DNA from: Asterias rubens
Lineage: Eukaryota
Length of the DNA: 64,000 bases
NCBI RefSeq assembly: GCF_902459465.1
Contig: NC_047083.1
Span: 806,001 to 870,000, forward strand
Reading direction: 5' to 3'
The translations under genes were made by a program, and so were the position numbers. The notes under the pieces are model-generated. The model made no database searches. It had not been told where the DNA came from and worked only from the letters and a program-made list of their open reading frames with translations. Shown here one piece after another: positions 23,001-43,099 of the stretch. The stretch's first letter is position 1. Every line of letters begins with the position of its first letter.

Positions 23001-26000
23001 TTAGATTCTAGTGATTTTGATAATTTGACGAGGTTGCCATGGCCGACGCTAGATGATTGTAAACAGTATAAGAAGGTGAACCTCAAGATGTTATATACAA
23101 CGTGGGTCTCTGTCACGGCCAAGAGTATCAGGTATGTCAGAATAGCCCAAAATTGTCTTATAACACGGTCGGCCATTTTGTGGAGTCAAAAATTTGACTC
23201 CACAAAATAGCACCCCTTGATAGGAAACTACGCAATTTCAAGACATTTGTATCATTATATTCTCTTTTTAAAACATCTTTCTAATCGTTTTCATTTCATA
23301 TCAGACGGTTTTAAACACTTTTTATAGACCAACTCCCCTGATCCAAACACAGGCAGATGAAATGATTTAAACAATTCTTGCATTGAGCAAAGAAAAGTTG
23401 AATTTGAATCCGTGACCTCTGAACCCACAGGTCAATGCACCAGAAGCCGTTCAACCTTTAACTGTGTCGTAACTGCTAGTGTGGAAACATCAGGGTCCAA
23501 TTTCATAGAGCTAAGCATAACAAATATACTTGCTACCAGAATAAGGTTACCAGCCAAACTACCATTTCACAAACTGCGACTGGTATCTTGCTCATTTCTG
23601 CCTAGCAGAAAAATAGTTATAAGCAATATTTTCTGCTAAAGCAGCTCAATGAAATCTGGCCGTTACCATTTATTGCTTACATGGGTAGTTGTAACAGAGG
23701 CGTTTCCCTTGATGTTCTAGAATCGAGGACCACATAGACTTGCAGTCTCCGCTACTAACCAGTCACTTGGAACCGGTTTGCAATGCCGAGGTGGGTACCA
23801 GTATGCATACGTTGGATCACCTTCAGGGAATGGCGCACCGGGCCAACATGGAATACATGGCTGAGCTAGGGTTAGATGAAGCCCTGGAGTCTCTACAGTG
23901 GAACGAGTCGTCTATGACGGTGGAATCGGCTGGGACTAGGATTGCTCTAGCATTGCAAAAAGTAATTTAATAAAAACAAATTTCTTTTAAAACTTACCCC
24001 AGTCCATTTTTGATGAGTTTTCACATTTTTTTCAAATGTCATGTTGGCTCAAAAAGGCGCATAATAAATAAATATTGTTGTTATTGTTTGAATGTGGTCT
24101 GGTTGGTGCAGTGGTCTCTTTCCTCACTACAACCTCTACGACCTGGTTCTAAGCACGCTAGGGACACTATCTGGAAATGTGCCCCTACTCGGAATAGGTT
24201 TTTTAGTCACTGCCGGGTTGCATTCCTCCTTCTTTGTCTTCTCTCCATTTGGGATCTTGGCTAGCACAGTGATTTAGTTTGCTTTTCTGAGAGTCCTTGG
24301 GCCCACACCCAGAATAAATGAAATGAAATGTGTGAGTTATTTTTTTCTACTTGTAGAATACTACATCTTGGGTTCTTACAAACATGGCTGCTGTTTACTG
24401 GCGTCGCTCTGGAAACGCTGTCAACGCCTTGAACTGTCTCCGAGTTGCTCTCCATTATTCGGATCACATGGTCAAGGTATGTAAATTCTACAGTCTTTGA
24501 TTCTATTCAAGACACAAAAGTAGCTAAGCACAGCATAAGTTATGCTAACCATAACAAGGTCACCAGTCAAAATACCTGGGGAGGCCCCAAGACCTTTGTT
24601 CACCCAACGGTTACCCCGGCACACATTCACACTGTGTCCCTATTCCACAGGGCTCCGGTTCCACGTTTCAAGAATACCCCCGGGTTTTACCTCTTACTTC
24701 TGCTCCAGATCAGGGGTGGCTATTCCCCCGGGGTATGCCCATTTGCAGGGCAGAGTTCCTATTCCATTGGGTTCTGGTTCCACGTTTCAAGAATACCCCC
24801 GGGTTTTACCTCTTAACCCCTACCCTAATACAGAGGGCAGACCAGGGCCCAATTTCATAGAGCTGCTAAGCACAAAAATTTGCTTAGCATGAAATTTCTT
24901 TCTTGAAAAAAACAGGATTACCAACCAAATTTCCATTTGTTGCATGTTGCTTCTCACTGGTATACAGCTGTTGTTTGTTTATCCTCAAAACCACGTGGAA
25001 ATTTGGTTGGTAATTCTGTTTTTATCGAGGCCAAAATTTCATGCTAAGCAAATTTGTGTGCTTAGCAGCGCTATGAAATTGGCCCCAGGGGTAAAGCGAT
25101 CATAATATGAAAAAGGTTGTTACTCCCCGGGGCAAACCCAGGTAATAGAGTAGTGTAAAAAGGGGTGGTGTTTTCTTACTCTCTTGTAGAGCCGATGTTA
25201 TTCATTTTGGTTTTACGTGTTAGCACTGACAAGTTCTTTGAAAAAAAATCACAGCCATATTACTCAGGTGGGATTAGAACCCATGACCTTTGCACCTACA
25301 GCAGTGTCATACCAACGTTACGTTGTCAATAAATATGTTGGTTTTTTTAATTCATGTTATTTTGTTATTCCTCAGGACCTCGCGTTAATCAGCATAGCCA
25401 ATATTTTCCATCGGACGGGTTTTATCGATGACGGGATAGTAGTCGCCCAGATGGCCTGGGAGATCTCTAGTGAGCTGGTACTCTGTCAATTCACTCTTGC
25501 CAACCTTTACGCAGCTAAGGTAAAAAGGGAACCGGTGTAGGAGTGACGATACACAATCCATTATTGACAGGGTTTTTCAAATTTGAGGGCGTTTTGTGTT
25601 CAACACAGCACCTTGCTTTGGTGTTGGCAGCAGCAAAGTGTAGGTTTGAAATGTGGACACGATGTCCTTGAACAAGGCTTGGTTCAAAGTTGGGAAGGTA
25701 TTGCATTCTGCTCCACCAGCCAGACTCCTAGTTTATGATACCCATGCCTACATCCTCACAGAATGTGAAGGGGGTAACCCTGTTTCAGCCCTAGGAATAG
25801 GTGGCAACATGCCCCTGGTGGCAGTAGCCCTCTCTTAGTCATTCTGCTCCACCAGCCAGACTCCTAGTGGATGATACCCATGCCTATATCCTTACAGACT
25901 GTGAAGGGGGTAACCCTGTTTCAGCCCCATGAGTAGGTGGCTCCTAGTGGATGATACCCATGCCTACATCCTTACAGACTGTGAAGGGGGTAACCCTGTT

Positions 26001-26834
26001 TCAGCCCCATGAGTAGGTGGCTCCTAGTGGATGATACCCATGCCTACATCCTTACAGACTGTGAAGGGGGTAACCCTGTTTCAGCCCCAGGAGTAGGTGG
26101 CTCCTAGTGGATGATACCCATACCTACATCCTTACAGACTGTGAAGGGGGTAACCCTGTTTCAGCCCCAGGAGTAGGTGGCTCCTAGTGGATGATACCCA
26201 TGCCTACATCCTTACAGACTGTGAAGGGGGTAACCCTGTTTCAGCCTTAGGAGTAGGTGGCTCCTAGTGGATGGTACCCATGCATACATCCTTACAGACT
26301 GTGAAGGGGGTAACCCTGTTTCAGCCCAAGGAGTAGGTGGCTCCTAGTGGATGATACCCATGCCTACATCCTTACAGACTGTGAAGGGGGTAACCCTGTT
26401 TCAGCCCTAGGAGTAGGTGGCTCCTAGTGGATGATACCCATGCCTATATCCTTACAGACTGTGAAGGGGGTAACCCTGTTTCAGCCCCAGGTTTAGACAG
26501 CAACGTGCCCCTGGTGGCAGTTGATTAGGGTCGAAAGCCCAAATCAGTTCAGTGTAGTCCTCGCCATGAAGTGGCTGTCCGGCCATATGATGTTGGGAAA
26601 TAATTTGTTGTTGTTTATTTTTTTACAAACATCTTGTTTTACTTTTTAGAAATTTAAAGTGATTTTAATGTTTTATTCCAGGGCCAGTTTGATAAAGCCA
26701 TTCAACTGTATGAAACCATGGTCATAGCTCATACCTCATTCAGCCCAGCCATTGAACGACTCAAGACCATCAAATGCGCCGTTCTCCAGAAGACGAACGG
26801 CAACCCCGCCTCCATGTTTGGCAAATTAACATAA
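11069..26834 (+). CDS. TTC17: Tetratricopeptide repeat protein 17; join(11069..11218,12600..12859,14177..14291,14799..14915,15341..15450,15849..15996,16646..16788,17108..17265,17867..17982,18202..18261,18738..18934,19618..19804,20125..20208,20574..20798,21459..21608,21919..22239,22384..22474,23005..23131,23721..23961,24357..24476,25376..25519,26682..26834), 1138 aa
   Basis: All 21 introns are GT-AG and phases join without stops (3417 nt). N-terminal signal peptide followed by ATTHWLVTEQG (TTC17 TTHWVVTEDG motif). Three TPR clusters, each with the SW.L...A..YWR...C.R.AL pattern. Also PTYLPPESKGL, TSMHTLDHLQG and a C-terminal AIERLKTIKC, all matching my recollection of vertebrate TTC17. Exons 9, 10, 16 and 17 lie in poorly conserved linkers and rest mainly on splice signals and phase. 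Confidence 0.93.
11976..12397 (+). mobile_element. L2-clade LINE 3' fragment in TTC17 intron 1
   Basis: Translates KVLLLTFNAVHGLSPHYISELITPYTPTRSLRSS...YGKRTFAFSAPTLWNSLP...FKSHLKTHLF, the typical L2 ORF2 C-terminus, followed by a 3' UTR with a (TAT)n tail. Confidence 0.85.
13156..13983 (-). mobile_element. Non-autonomous TTAA-flanked DNA transposon (Kolobok-like) carrying a decayed THAP domain
   Basis: Ends TTAAAGTCACCTGGAAGT / ATTTCCAGGTGCCTTTAA; subterminal inverted repeat GTGACGTCAATCGAGG / CCTCGATTGACGTCAC. The minus strand from ATG 13703 gives MSTRCIAAGCSKTTKDGVSL, then in shifted frames LYSKHFEPSCFE and LKHDAIPIIF (THAP C-x4-C, C-x2-HF and AVPTIF-like boxes). Confidence 0.8.
14359..14402 (+). 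ncRNA. Minimal type I hammerhead-ribozyme-like motif (U3/A8 core variant), possibly inactivated
   Basis: GCCT-UUGAGAA-A-GACUC(UGCUA)GGGUC-GAAAC-GUC-A(UCA)GGC: stem I GCCU/AGGC, stem II GACUC/GGGUC, palindromic ACGU helix III, GUC cleavage triplet. A duplicated TCA bulges stem I. Confidence 0.55.
15000..15260 (-). mobile_element. Degenerate L2-type LINE 3' remnant
   Basis: Minus-strand DRSFSCFEPKEWDTLPNFIKDA resembles the L2 DRAFSxxAPxLWNSLP motif; tail-like sequence near 15000-15060. Confidence 0.55.
16054..16200. mobile_element. 147-bp Harbinger-like MITE (CWG target)
   Basis: TIR GGGTTGATTTCACAAAGAGT / ACTCTTTGTGAAATCGACCC; flanks CCG and CAG; near-identical to 18444-18591. Confidence 0.85.
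17341..17690. mobile_element. TTAA-flanked MITE, family C
   Basis: Starts TTAAAG, ends GTAATGTTCCTTTAA; shares the ACAAACCTGT.GAAATTTGAG core with families A and B; left TIR damaged. Confidence 0.6.
18444..18591. mobile_element. 148-bp Harbinger-like MITE with CAG TSD
   Basis: CAG|GGGTGGATTTCACAAAGAG ... CTCTTTGTGAAATTCGACCC|CAG. Confidence 0.85.
18977..19102. repeat. 42-bp tandem repeat, 3 perfect copies
   Basis: Unit TGTGTGTCATTGTGGAACACTGTATACTCAGTTACGGGATTC at 18977, 19019 and 19061. Confidence 0.9.
19150..19299. mobile_element. 150-bp palindromic TIR element, no TSD seen, copy 1
   Basis: CAATAGGAGACTTTC / GAAAGTCTCCCATTG termini plus long internal inverted arms; identical by eye to 62363-62512. 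Confidence 0.85.
19385..19460 (-). mobile_element. tRNA-derived SINE head fragment
   Basis: Minus strand contains the B-box GGTTCGAATCCC; similar to copies at about 25240-25320, 28305-28372, 52040-52140 and 62870-62975. Confidence 0.6.
20845..20995 (-). mobile_element. L2-type LINE 3' remnant
   Basis: Minus strand reads SLPNNIRQSPTLQIFKRSLKSYLF, followed by an L2-like tail. Confidence 0.55.
21252..21410. mobile_element. Diverged relative of the 150-bp CAAT(A/G)GGAGACTTT element
   Basis: Termini CAATGGGAGACTTTT and AAAAGTCTCCCATTT. Confidence 0.6.
22494..22760. mobile_element. TTAA-MITE family A, truncated
   Basis: TAAAGGCACTGGACACCTTTGGTAATTATCAAAGAC... matches the 10413 copy; right end missing. 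Confidence 0.65.
23494..23661. mobile_element. Harbinger-like MITE (GGCCCAATTTCATAG family)
   Basis: CAG|GGTCCAATTTCATAGAGCT ... AGCTCAATGAAATCTGGCC. Confidence 0.6.
24846..25085. mobile_element. 240-bp Harbinger-like MITE with CAG TSD
   Basis: CAG|GGCCCAATTTCATAGAGCTGCTAAGCAC ... GTGCTTAGCAGCGCTATGAAATTGGCCC|CAG; arms of about 50 bp. Confidence 0.85.
25707..26520. repeat. 80-bp minisatellite (about 8 copies, 25861-26490) plus a longer progenitor unit, in the last TTC17 intron
   Basis: Unit TCAGCCCCAGGAGTAGGTGGCTCCTAGTGGATGATACCCATGCCTACATCCTTACAGACTGTGAAGGGGGTAACCCTGTT recurs every 80 nt (25921, 26001 ... 26481). Confidence 0.95.
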
Positions 26835-27072
26835 TAGGGTCATAGGTCAACTCCACCTCAATGTTTGGTAAATTAACATAATAGGGTCATAGGTTAACTC
26901 CACCTCAATGTTTGGTAAATTAACATAATAGGGTCATAGGTCAACTCCACCTCAATGTTTGGTAATCTAACATAATAGGTAAACCCTCAATGGTTGGCAG
27001 GTTAACATCATAGGGTCATAGGTCCACCCTGTCCTTATTTTGGCCAAATTAACATAACAGGGTCATAGGTCA
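26814..27072. repeat. 47-bp tandem repeat overlapping the TTC17 stop codon
   Basis: Unit ATGTTTGG(C/T)AAATTAACATAATAGGGTCATAGGTCAACTCCACCTCA starts at 26814, 26861, 26908 and 26955, then degenerate copies follow. Confidence 0.9.
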
Positions 27073-27146
27073 TGGCTAGTACTTTGTAACCAAAAGCCAT
27101 TTATATTAACTGTTGTGTGCATTGGTTTCCACCCAGAGCCTTTTAA

Positions 27147-27181
<35 letters not shown>

Positions 27182-29276
27182 GGGGGGGGGGGAGATTTTG
27201 AAGACCACAGTCTTCAAAGTGAATGAAAATGTTCAAGCCATTTGAATAAGGAGGACCTGGATTGAAATGATCCGCCCATTCTTTAAGCAGTACTACATAT
27301 TAGTTGGCAGTATATCACTTTTCAAATGTGACGCCCTTGCCAAAATCATGATTATGATAGCTTGATTGCTACTCAGATGAACTGCTTCAATTTAGAACTG
27401 TTTTTTAATTAACAGGTTTATTGTAACCAGGTTTATGTAAGGTACTGGTAACTACCAGTTAATCCTGTTGTTGTATCTTATTACTGGATTGTCAGTTTGG
27501 TTATTTCATAACTAGTTTTTGATAACTGGGTTTTGATTATCATAACTAGTTATCATAACCAGGTTATGTTAAACTTGACTGTTTTATTATAACTAGATGA
27601 TGATAACCAATCATCTATGTGTAATTTTCCTTGTTCAAAGTTTACAGTAACAAATGTGTGATTTTACAAACAATGATATTTCTATGAAAAACTAAAAGAT
27701 TTTAGGGCACTGTTCTTCACAGTGATTCAGTCTATTTTCTCCTTTAAAACCAGCACAATTATTGTAATAAATCATCACTATTTTCTGACACTTTATTCTA
27801 ATACAAATATGAAATGGATAATCATATAGATTTATTAACAAATAAATACTTTTTTTCTATCAAAGTAAGAAAATTGGTTTTGAAAAAAAAATATGCCCTT
27901 ATTTTTGAAGGAAAAAAAATCAGACCTGTATTTTTGTCAGATCTTGATTAAACATCACAAGTTGGTGGTCTCAATGTCATGAACCACTATTGTCTTAAGA
28001 TGAGTTATCAATTGTGTTGTCACACTTTGCTTAGCAATTAAGATTGACAAACATCTTAAAATCAATCTTAGTTCTTTGTGAAATTGTGCTGTGGTCACCA
28101 ATTTTTGTTATCTAGTAATGTTTTTTTAATGTTAGCTTGAAGCACTTGTTTATTTGATTTTACCCATACACTGATGTATGCACTGTATACTCGGTACTTT
28201 CCTGAGTCCAGTGTGGATCGAAAAGAAAAAATCCATTCAGCGCCTTGAGTACCTTGTTTGGTAGATAGGTTTGCTATAATTATAAGACTTTGATATTGTT
28301 AGTATTCTATTACTCGGGTTGGATTCAAACCCACGATCTTTGCCATTCTAAAACAGATGTCAAGGGTTCTAATCCTACTTGGGGTAATGTATAAATATTT
28401 TGTCCACAGGACTTGGGAAAGTTTAGAGCTTAACACACATCGTGTATGGGTAAAACGCAGTAATATTCTTGATTCCTGAGTCAAATTTATTCGTCATGAA
28501 ACACATCGTTGTACTTATTATTACAGTCAAAACTTTTGTTCGATTGCTAATCATGTATTTAGCTTATTATTTTCTTTTTGTACAACTTTATAAGAAAGTA
28601 TGGGAAGAGAACATGCCATTAATGCTCACAACATCGTTTTGCTTTCCTTTTCTGTTTATTTGTCCGAATATTATTCTGGGACCAGTTTCATAAAGCATGT
28701 AAGCATAAAAACTTGCTAAGCACTGAAATATATTGCTTAGCAGAAATAGGTTAGCATCCAAAATACAATACAGTTAACATTGCTGTGACTGGTACCCCAT
28801 CCAATTCTTGCTTAGCAAATATATTTGCTCAGCACAACTATCTACTGTTGAATCTACACACCAATAATAGGTTCCTAATTTCTTACTCCTTGAGATTACG
28901 AGAAACTTCTTTCAAAGTCTAATTGAAGGGGTATGGGATGTTTTACGGGAAAACACAAACCAAGTGTCTGAATGACTAGGCATGCTGCTTTTACCAAGTT
29001 CAATTCTTTTGGTGTTAAAGAGTTTGGGCAGGAGTACCTTTAAAAATCAAAAAATTATGGAAAGGGGGAACTTTGTCCAAAAATATTGTTTTATTTTGGA
29101 GACACCCCCCCCCCATGTCACGGGTCCAGCCTCTCTCAAATGATGTTCTTAAAGGTATTTTATTGAACAAGATGCCCTGGTTAACACTTTCGAACAGTGC
29201 ACAGCATATTGTTTGGAGAGAATATCTTTTTAAAATGGTAATAAAGATATACACAATTATTTGTATCGAACTTTAG

Positions 29277-29750
29277 CCGCGAGGTGGCGCTATTATTTCA
29301 CTCTACTGTTGTTTTTACGATGACCTACTGAAATGACATGCGCGCGGGGTGCACTTACTAGCTTGCTGTGTGTCGACAAAAATAGCTCACAAAATCACGC
29401 CATACTAAATGTACAAAAGACTCCTCAATGAATTGGTTTGGAACAACAAACAACAGACGGTCCAAACGTCTGCTCACGCAATAAAAACACCATAACTGTG
29501 TTTTCCCTGGTAATCTGTTGCTCCATATTCTACCATTTTGTTGTGCTGAGTGGTGAGTTCTTGAAACAAAATAGCTGTTCAGAAATTGTGTGAAAAGTTT
29601 GGCATCGAACGATGACGACGTAGTAGTAGGCGGCAGCTGTTCTTTTTTCCGACGGTGAAAAAAACAGTATTTTGAGGCCTAGGTAGTGCGCTATGTAGGC
29701 AGATTTTCTCAACACAACGCAGTTCGTACTGGCTTGAAACTTGGTAAATA
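29277..29750 (+). promoter_or_regulatory. Probable STK38 promoter / non-coding first exon region with a CTCF-like motif
   Basis: Locally CpG-richer segment; CCGCGAGGTGGCGCT at 29277-29291 matches the CTCF core except at one position; candidate donor TTG|GTAAAT near 29744; acceptor TTTCTCCAG near 33516 precedes the first coding exon. Confidence 0.35.
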
Positions 29751-31941
29751 TTCTGCTCGTCTTTGTCTGACTTGTTGTTATTTTTTGTGTGACAGTGGCA
29801 TTTTGTGAAGTTGTGTTTGTTTCATGAGATAAATTCTCTGACCTGTCTTGCTGTCTAACTAACCCTGTCCTGTGGTTTTGTTGTAGTGAGGGGGTTGGGT
29901 AGGATCGAAGGGGAGGGGCATTGACACCTTGGGGGGGGGTGAGGCATGAGGGGTAATCTTGACTTGAGTAAGGCTGGCATCAACTCAAGGACTACATTTC
30001 TTGAGCTTCGTCAAGGTCCTGTTTTTAAAGATGCCGAACCTCACTTACTGACCTCACTTTTTTCACGTATTTAATTTGAGAAAGACGGACATAAGGTGAA
30101 CATGACTTTTTTTTAATATGATTCGAGGCATTGCATGGTGGTATCAATGTATATTTGGTTTGCGGTAACACCATGTGTGTATCTACTTGCCAGGTAGACC
30201 TTGTTCTAAGAGAACTGTCTTGCTTTTTTTTTATGTTCGGGAGACTTCTCAGTTCTGAAAAGAACATCTAGCAATAGCATTTGTTGGCCAGCGGACCATT
30301 GCAATTAAGGGAGAAAGCTGATGATTTTGCTCATCAACAAATTTATATTTATTCTGTATAAAAGCTCCATGATAAAAGTAAATTCATCTACATGTATATG
30401 TATTGCTCTATGGTATTACACTGCAGAATTGACTGCTATAAAGCTGACCTACCTACATGTAAATTGTATGTAGTTCCTGTTACACATTGGCATTTAAAGG
30501 CAATAAACAATACTGTAGTCACTGAAGGTCATTGTGTTTCATGCACCTGCACAACACCTGTTTCTTTGTCTCGGCAACCAATCAACGAAGAGGATCAATT
30601 TCTTCTAATTGGAACACACCCAGAATTCAGGCATTAGTCAGTGCCTGATGAAATTACAAACCCCCTGGAAAAATGTACTCGTAGTTCAACGTGACTTGCT
30701 CACTCGTAACTCAAACTTCGCCTTTGTGAGTCACAAATTTGGCCACGGCCATGGCTTTGGCTTGCTCTCCATGTCATATTGCATTGAAGTACATGTATAA
30801 GATGTCATTAGCAACAGTCTCAGAAACAGTTGTAGCCATAGCCACTAAACCAGGTCTGACCTAATTACCCATTGTTTGTAGAGGTTAATAGTTGACATGT
30901 ACTTAAATTTGGACATGTTCCCCATGTGCACATAAGGCATAAGTAGCCACTGATTCATCCACACAAAAAAGGTACCAGACTATTTTAGACTTGCAGCTTC
31001 GATGGTAATACAATAAATTGCTGCATCCAAATTGGCGGCTCTGACTACAGCTATCACTGTTGTTAAAGGTGTTGCGAAGAATGTCCTATACTTGTCCTAA
31101 CACATAATGATATTGTGGCAATCCAGCCGTTGCCAAAGCCACCAATTCGAACATGGCCTATCTCTGATTTGAATGGGGAAAGAAATCCAAGATGGCTAAA
31201 CCATACATGTACACACATGTAGGCCCTTTTTTAAACCACAGCTCCACCGTCAGCACTGACTCGAGCTCAGTGAGTCATTCTAAAAATGTACACTGCCAAA
31301 AGTGTTATGTTTTTCAGAATGATTGATGAAGCGGAGTAATTTTATTTCCACTTCAGTGAAAGATTTCCCTTGTAAAGCAGAGATAAATGCTACACAAAAT
31401 GTACTGTATCAGTTACTACTCGGAAATCATTGGCAATGGCTACCCAATTAGCATTCTGTGTACAAAATAATTTCAGTCTAAATTTTGTGCTGTTAAAACT
31501 TGCTGGATGGAATTGTCCCCATAAGGATAGGATAATGAGTAGACCCTACATCACAAAACTGAAATTGACCTTAGAGCCCCTCTTTTTTAAGCTTGAGCAA
31601 TTGACAAATAGCTTTCTGTAATGGGTGTGGTTTTAATTTGCTTCTCAAGACAGTTACTAATGGAAGGATTAGGATTTAATCTACTGTAATGCTTTGTCAT
31701 TGTGTTTACTGATAGACCAACTTAAAGGGGTTAACTTGTTGGGTCCTATTTGAAAATTCACATGTACATCTTCCCCCCCCCCAAAAAAATAAAAAAGTCT
31801 GGTTACGCCACAGCCAAGAAAAACTGTGAAAATTGCCTCCCTGTGGAAGCTGTAGATAGAGGGTGCTTGCACTTTATTAAACCAAACGTTTTCAATTCTG
31901 CATTCTGCAGAGAGTTCAAACTTTTCATGTTGAGGTTATCC

Positions 31942-32299
31942 TTAAAGCCATTATACACTTTCGGAACAGAAAAAGAAATAAAAGTTCACAGATTTACAAA
32001 TAACTTACAGGGCGTACAGAAGGTAATGGTAAAAGACTTCTCTTGAAATCCATGAAATGCTTTACTTTTTGAGAAAACATTAAAACAATTATCAATTCTC
32101 GACAACGAGAATTACGGATTATAGTAAACACATGTCATGACACGGCGAAACGTGCGGAAACAAGGGTGGGTTTTTCCGTTGTTTTCTCCCGACTCCGATG
32201 ACCGATTGAGCCTAAACTTTCACAGGTTTGTTATTTTGTGATACACGAAGTGTGGGCCTTTGGACAATACTGTTTACCGAAAGTGTCCACTGGCTTTAA
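31942..32299. mobile_element. TTAA-flanked MITE, family B
   Basis: TTAAAGCCATTATACACTTTCGG ... CCGAAAGTGTCCACTGGCTTTAA; reverse complement of 53247-53620. Confidence 0.85.
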
Positions 32300-33600
32300 A
32301 TTAAAAATATTATAAACTACAAAGTATAATCTTGACCTTTCCCTGAATCCCTGAGTTAGTTGGCATGTATATAAACCCTACCTTGGGGATCTGAAGTTTG
32401 TTTCAATGTACAATTTATTTACCTAAGGTGTGACATCCTTGATGCTACTATAAGATTAATGGTGGATTGAACAAATAGATTTTATCACCCTAGTGGACAA
32501 TAAACATGGGGTTGGACAACCATAACACTGATCTTAAAACTTCTTAATAGCCTTTGACTGCTTGAGTTTTCCATGGAATAATTCTCTGGGGTTTTCTTCC
32601 CATGATCCAAAACTGAAACTTCCTTCGTTGTCTTCTCTGATTAAGCTCTCTTTTCTGAGAATCCTAAACTTTACAACACAATTTATAAATAAATAAATAA
32701 ATTATAAGATAAATGTATACATAAATAAATTAATAAATAAACAAATAAGAAGATGAATAGATTAGTAAATAAATTATTATAAGGTTTAATACATGAATAA
32801 ATAAATACATAAATAAACTTTTTAGTTGCCCTTCAACGATCTAAGTGAGGAATTGTAACAAGGAACTCAAGTTCCTGCATATTTATAACTTGGATGTTTA
32901 GAATATTAACAATGACAAAGCTTGTTTTACTCAAGCGGATAAACAAAGGTCTCACTATAGATTCAAAATAAACAAACATGTATTCCTTTTCAACAACAAT
33001 AGCAGACAATGACGAAGGCAACCCGTTTCCTGTCCAGGTAACAAGCCCACTGGTTACTGTGAGTTTGTTGTTTATAAACGTCTGTGGTAAAAAATATACA
33101 GACAGACTGTCCACTTGTTCAGTTAGATCTCCCTGCGACGACGCTTATGCTAGACTTACAGAAGGATCTGTAGATCTGGATATACTGTCGACCATGTATG
33201 TAATCAAACTGTATGGCTTTGTCTGAACTAATATCTTCTGCTTTTTCTGGAGTGGCTAAGGCCATGATGCCAAAGTCCTATTCTCCCTAGCCAGCCTTTG
33301 TGCCCTTGATCAGCCTTGGTGCTGGCTGCCAGCCTCGATGCCCCAAGTCAGCTTTGATTCCCCAGTTCAACCTCGGCAGCCTTGATGTCCCATAAAATGT
33401 GCCAGAAATGTGGCATCCTCTATGCAGTCTTTTCTTACCCTTACACGAGTGAAATACCTGAATAAGGCCTGATGCACAAGAATTTTAATTTGAGTTTGAT
33501 TTTTACATTTCTCCAGATTTCTACAATTTGACGGCGAGAGAAAGTGAAGAGAAACCACCATCAATGATTTGGATGGAATGAAATGATTACAACTGCAACC

Positions 33601-42280
<8,680 letters not shown>

Positions 42281-42350
42281 GAACTAAACGGTGAACCACT
42301 ACGGCCCAATAACATAAAGCTGTGTAGCGGTCAGTTCTGCTTGACTGGCA

Positions 42351-42527
42351 AATAGACCTTATGCACATGACGTCATTTCAGAAGGGCGCCCTCACCTAGA
42401 GGTCAAAAGGAGGTTGTTCATTGGCCAATCCTGTGCGCCACACGTACAAATCTGTGCGTTTCGATTGTTTCATCACCGTTTTTCGTCTAAGATGGCCGCT
42501 GGATGACGTCAATGCATAAGGTCTATT
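42351..42527. mobile_element. 177-bp TIR element in the STK38 3' UTR
   Basis: AATAGACCTTATGCACATGACGTCAT / ATGACGTCAATGCATAAGGTCTATT; no TSD visible. Confidence 0.8.
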
Positions 42528-43099
42528 CCTTTGCTACAAGAAATAAGTGGGGTTACCAGTCACAACAATGTCAAATGTACACTATTTTGGCTGGTAACCT
42601 ATTTTTGCTAAGCAAGAGATTTCTGTGCTTAGCAAGTTTTTGTGCTTACAGGCTTTATGAAAATGGGCCCAGATCCGTCAAAAGTCTTTTGACCGGTGTT
42701 GCCGTAGTGACTTAAAGCAACGTTAAAAATGCAAAGATAGTATATCTAAGTCCGTTTATTGTCTTGTGTGGTTTTAATGCTTGTTTTATTTTTTTATTTT
42801 TATTTTTTTTAGAAGCACCCCTATTTCCAAAAATGGAACATCTCAATGCTGTGTTTATTTGTTTATGTAATGGATTAGCTCACTGCCCAAAGAGGAAATA
42901 GTTGTGTGTGAATAAAAAAAAACTATAATACTTTAAAAAAGTGAAAGTTGCAGAAACTTTAACTAACTCTAAATGTTTACTTATAACCAACAGTTAAACT
43001 TAGCTCTCTACAATGTAGATAACATTCCCCCTTTTTAACTCTAACTTACAAACAATTGCTGTAAATGTTCCACCCGTAACAACAAACAGGGTTTTGCCC

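Noticed and set aside
24445-24892. ORFs of 123 aa and 116 aa in TTC17 intron 20
   Set aside because: They run through a 119-bp-period direct repeat (about 24639-24815) and a MITE; the repeated peptide simply reflects the DNA repeat.
25707-26520. Regularly spaced repeats superficially like a CRISPR array
   Set aside because: Units are head-to-tail 80-mers without unique spacers, in a eukaryotic intron, with no cas genes.
6751-26834. Functional coupling of the fucosyltransferase with neighbouring TTC17 (both secretory pathway)
   Set aside because: Adjacency alone is not evidence of co-function in an animal genome; no shared promoter is visible.
27149-27192. T32 followed by G12 homopolymers in the TTC17 3' region
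   Set aside because: Simple homopolymers, common in this window and error-prone in assembly; no associated element or TSD seen.
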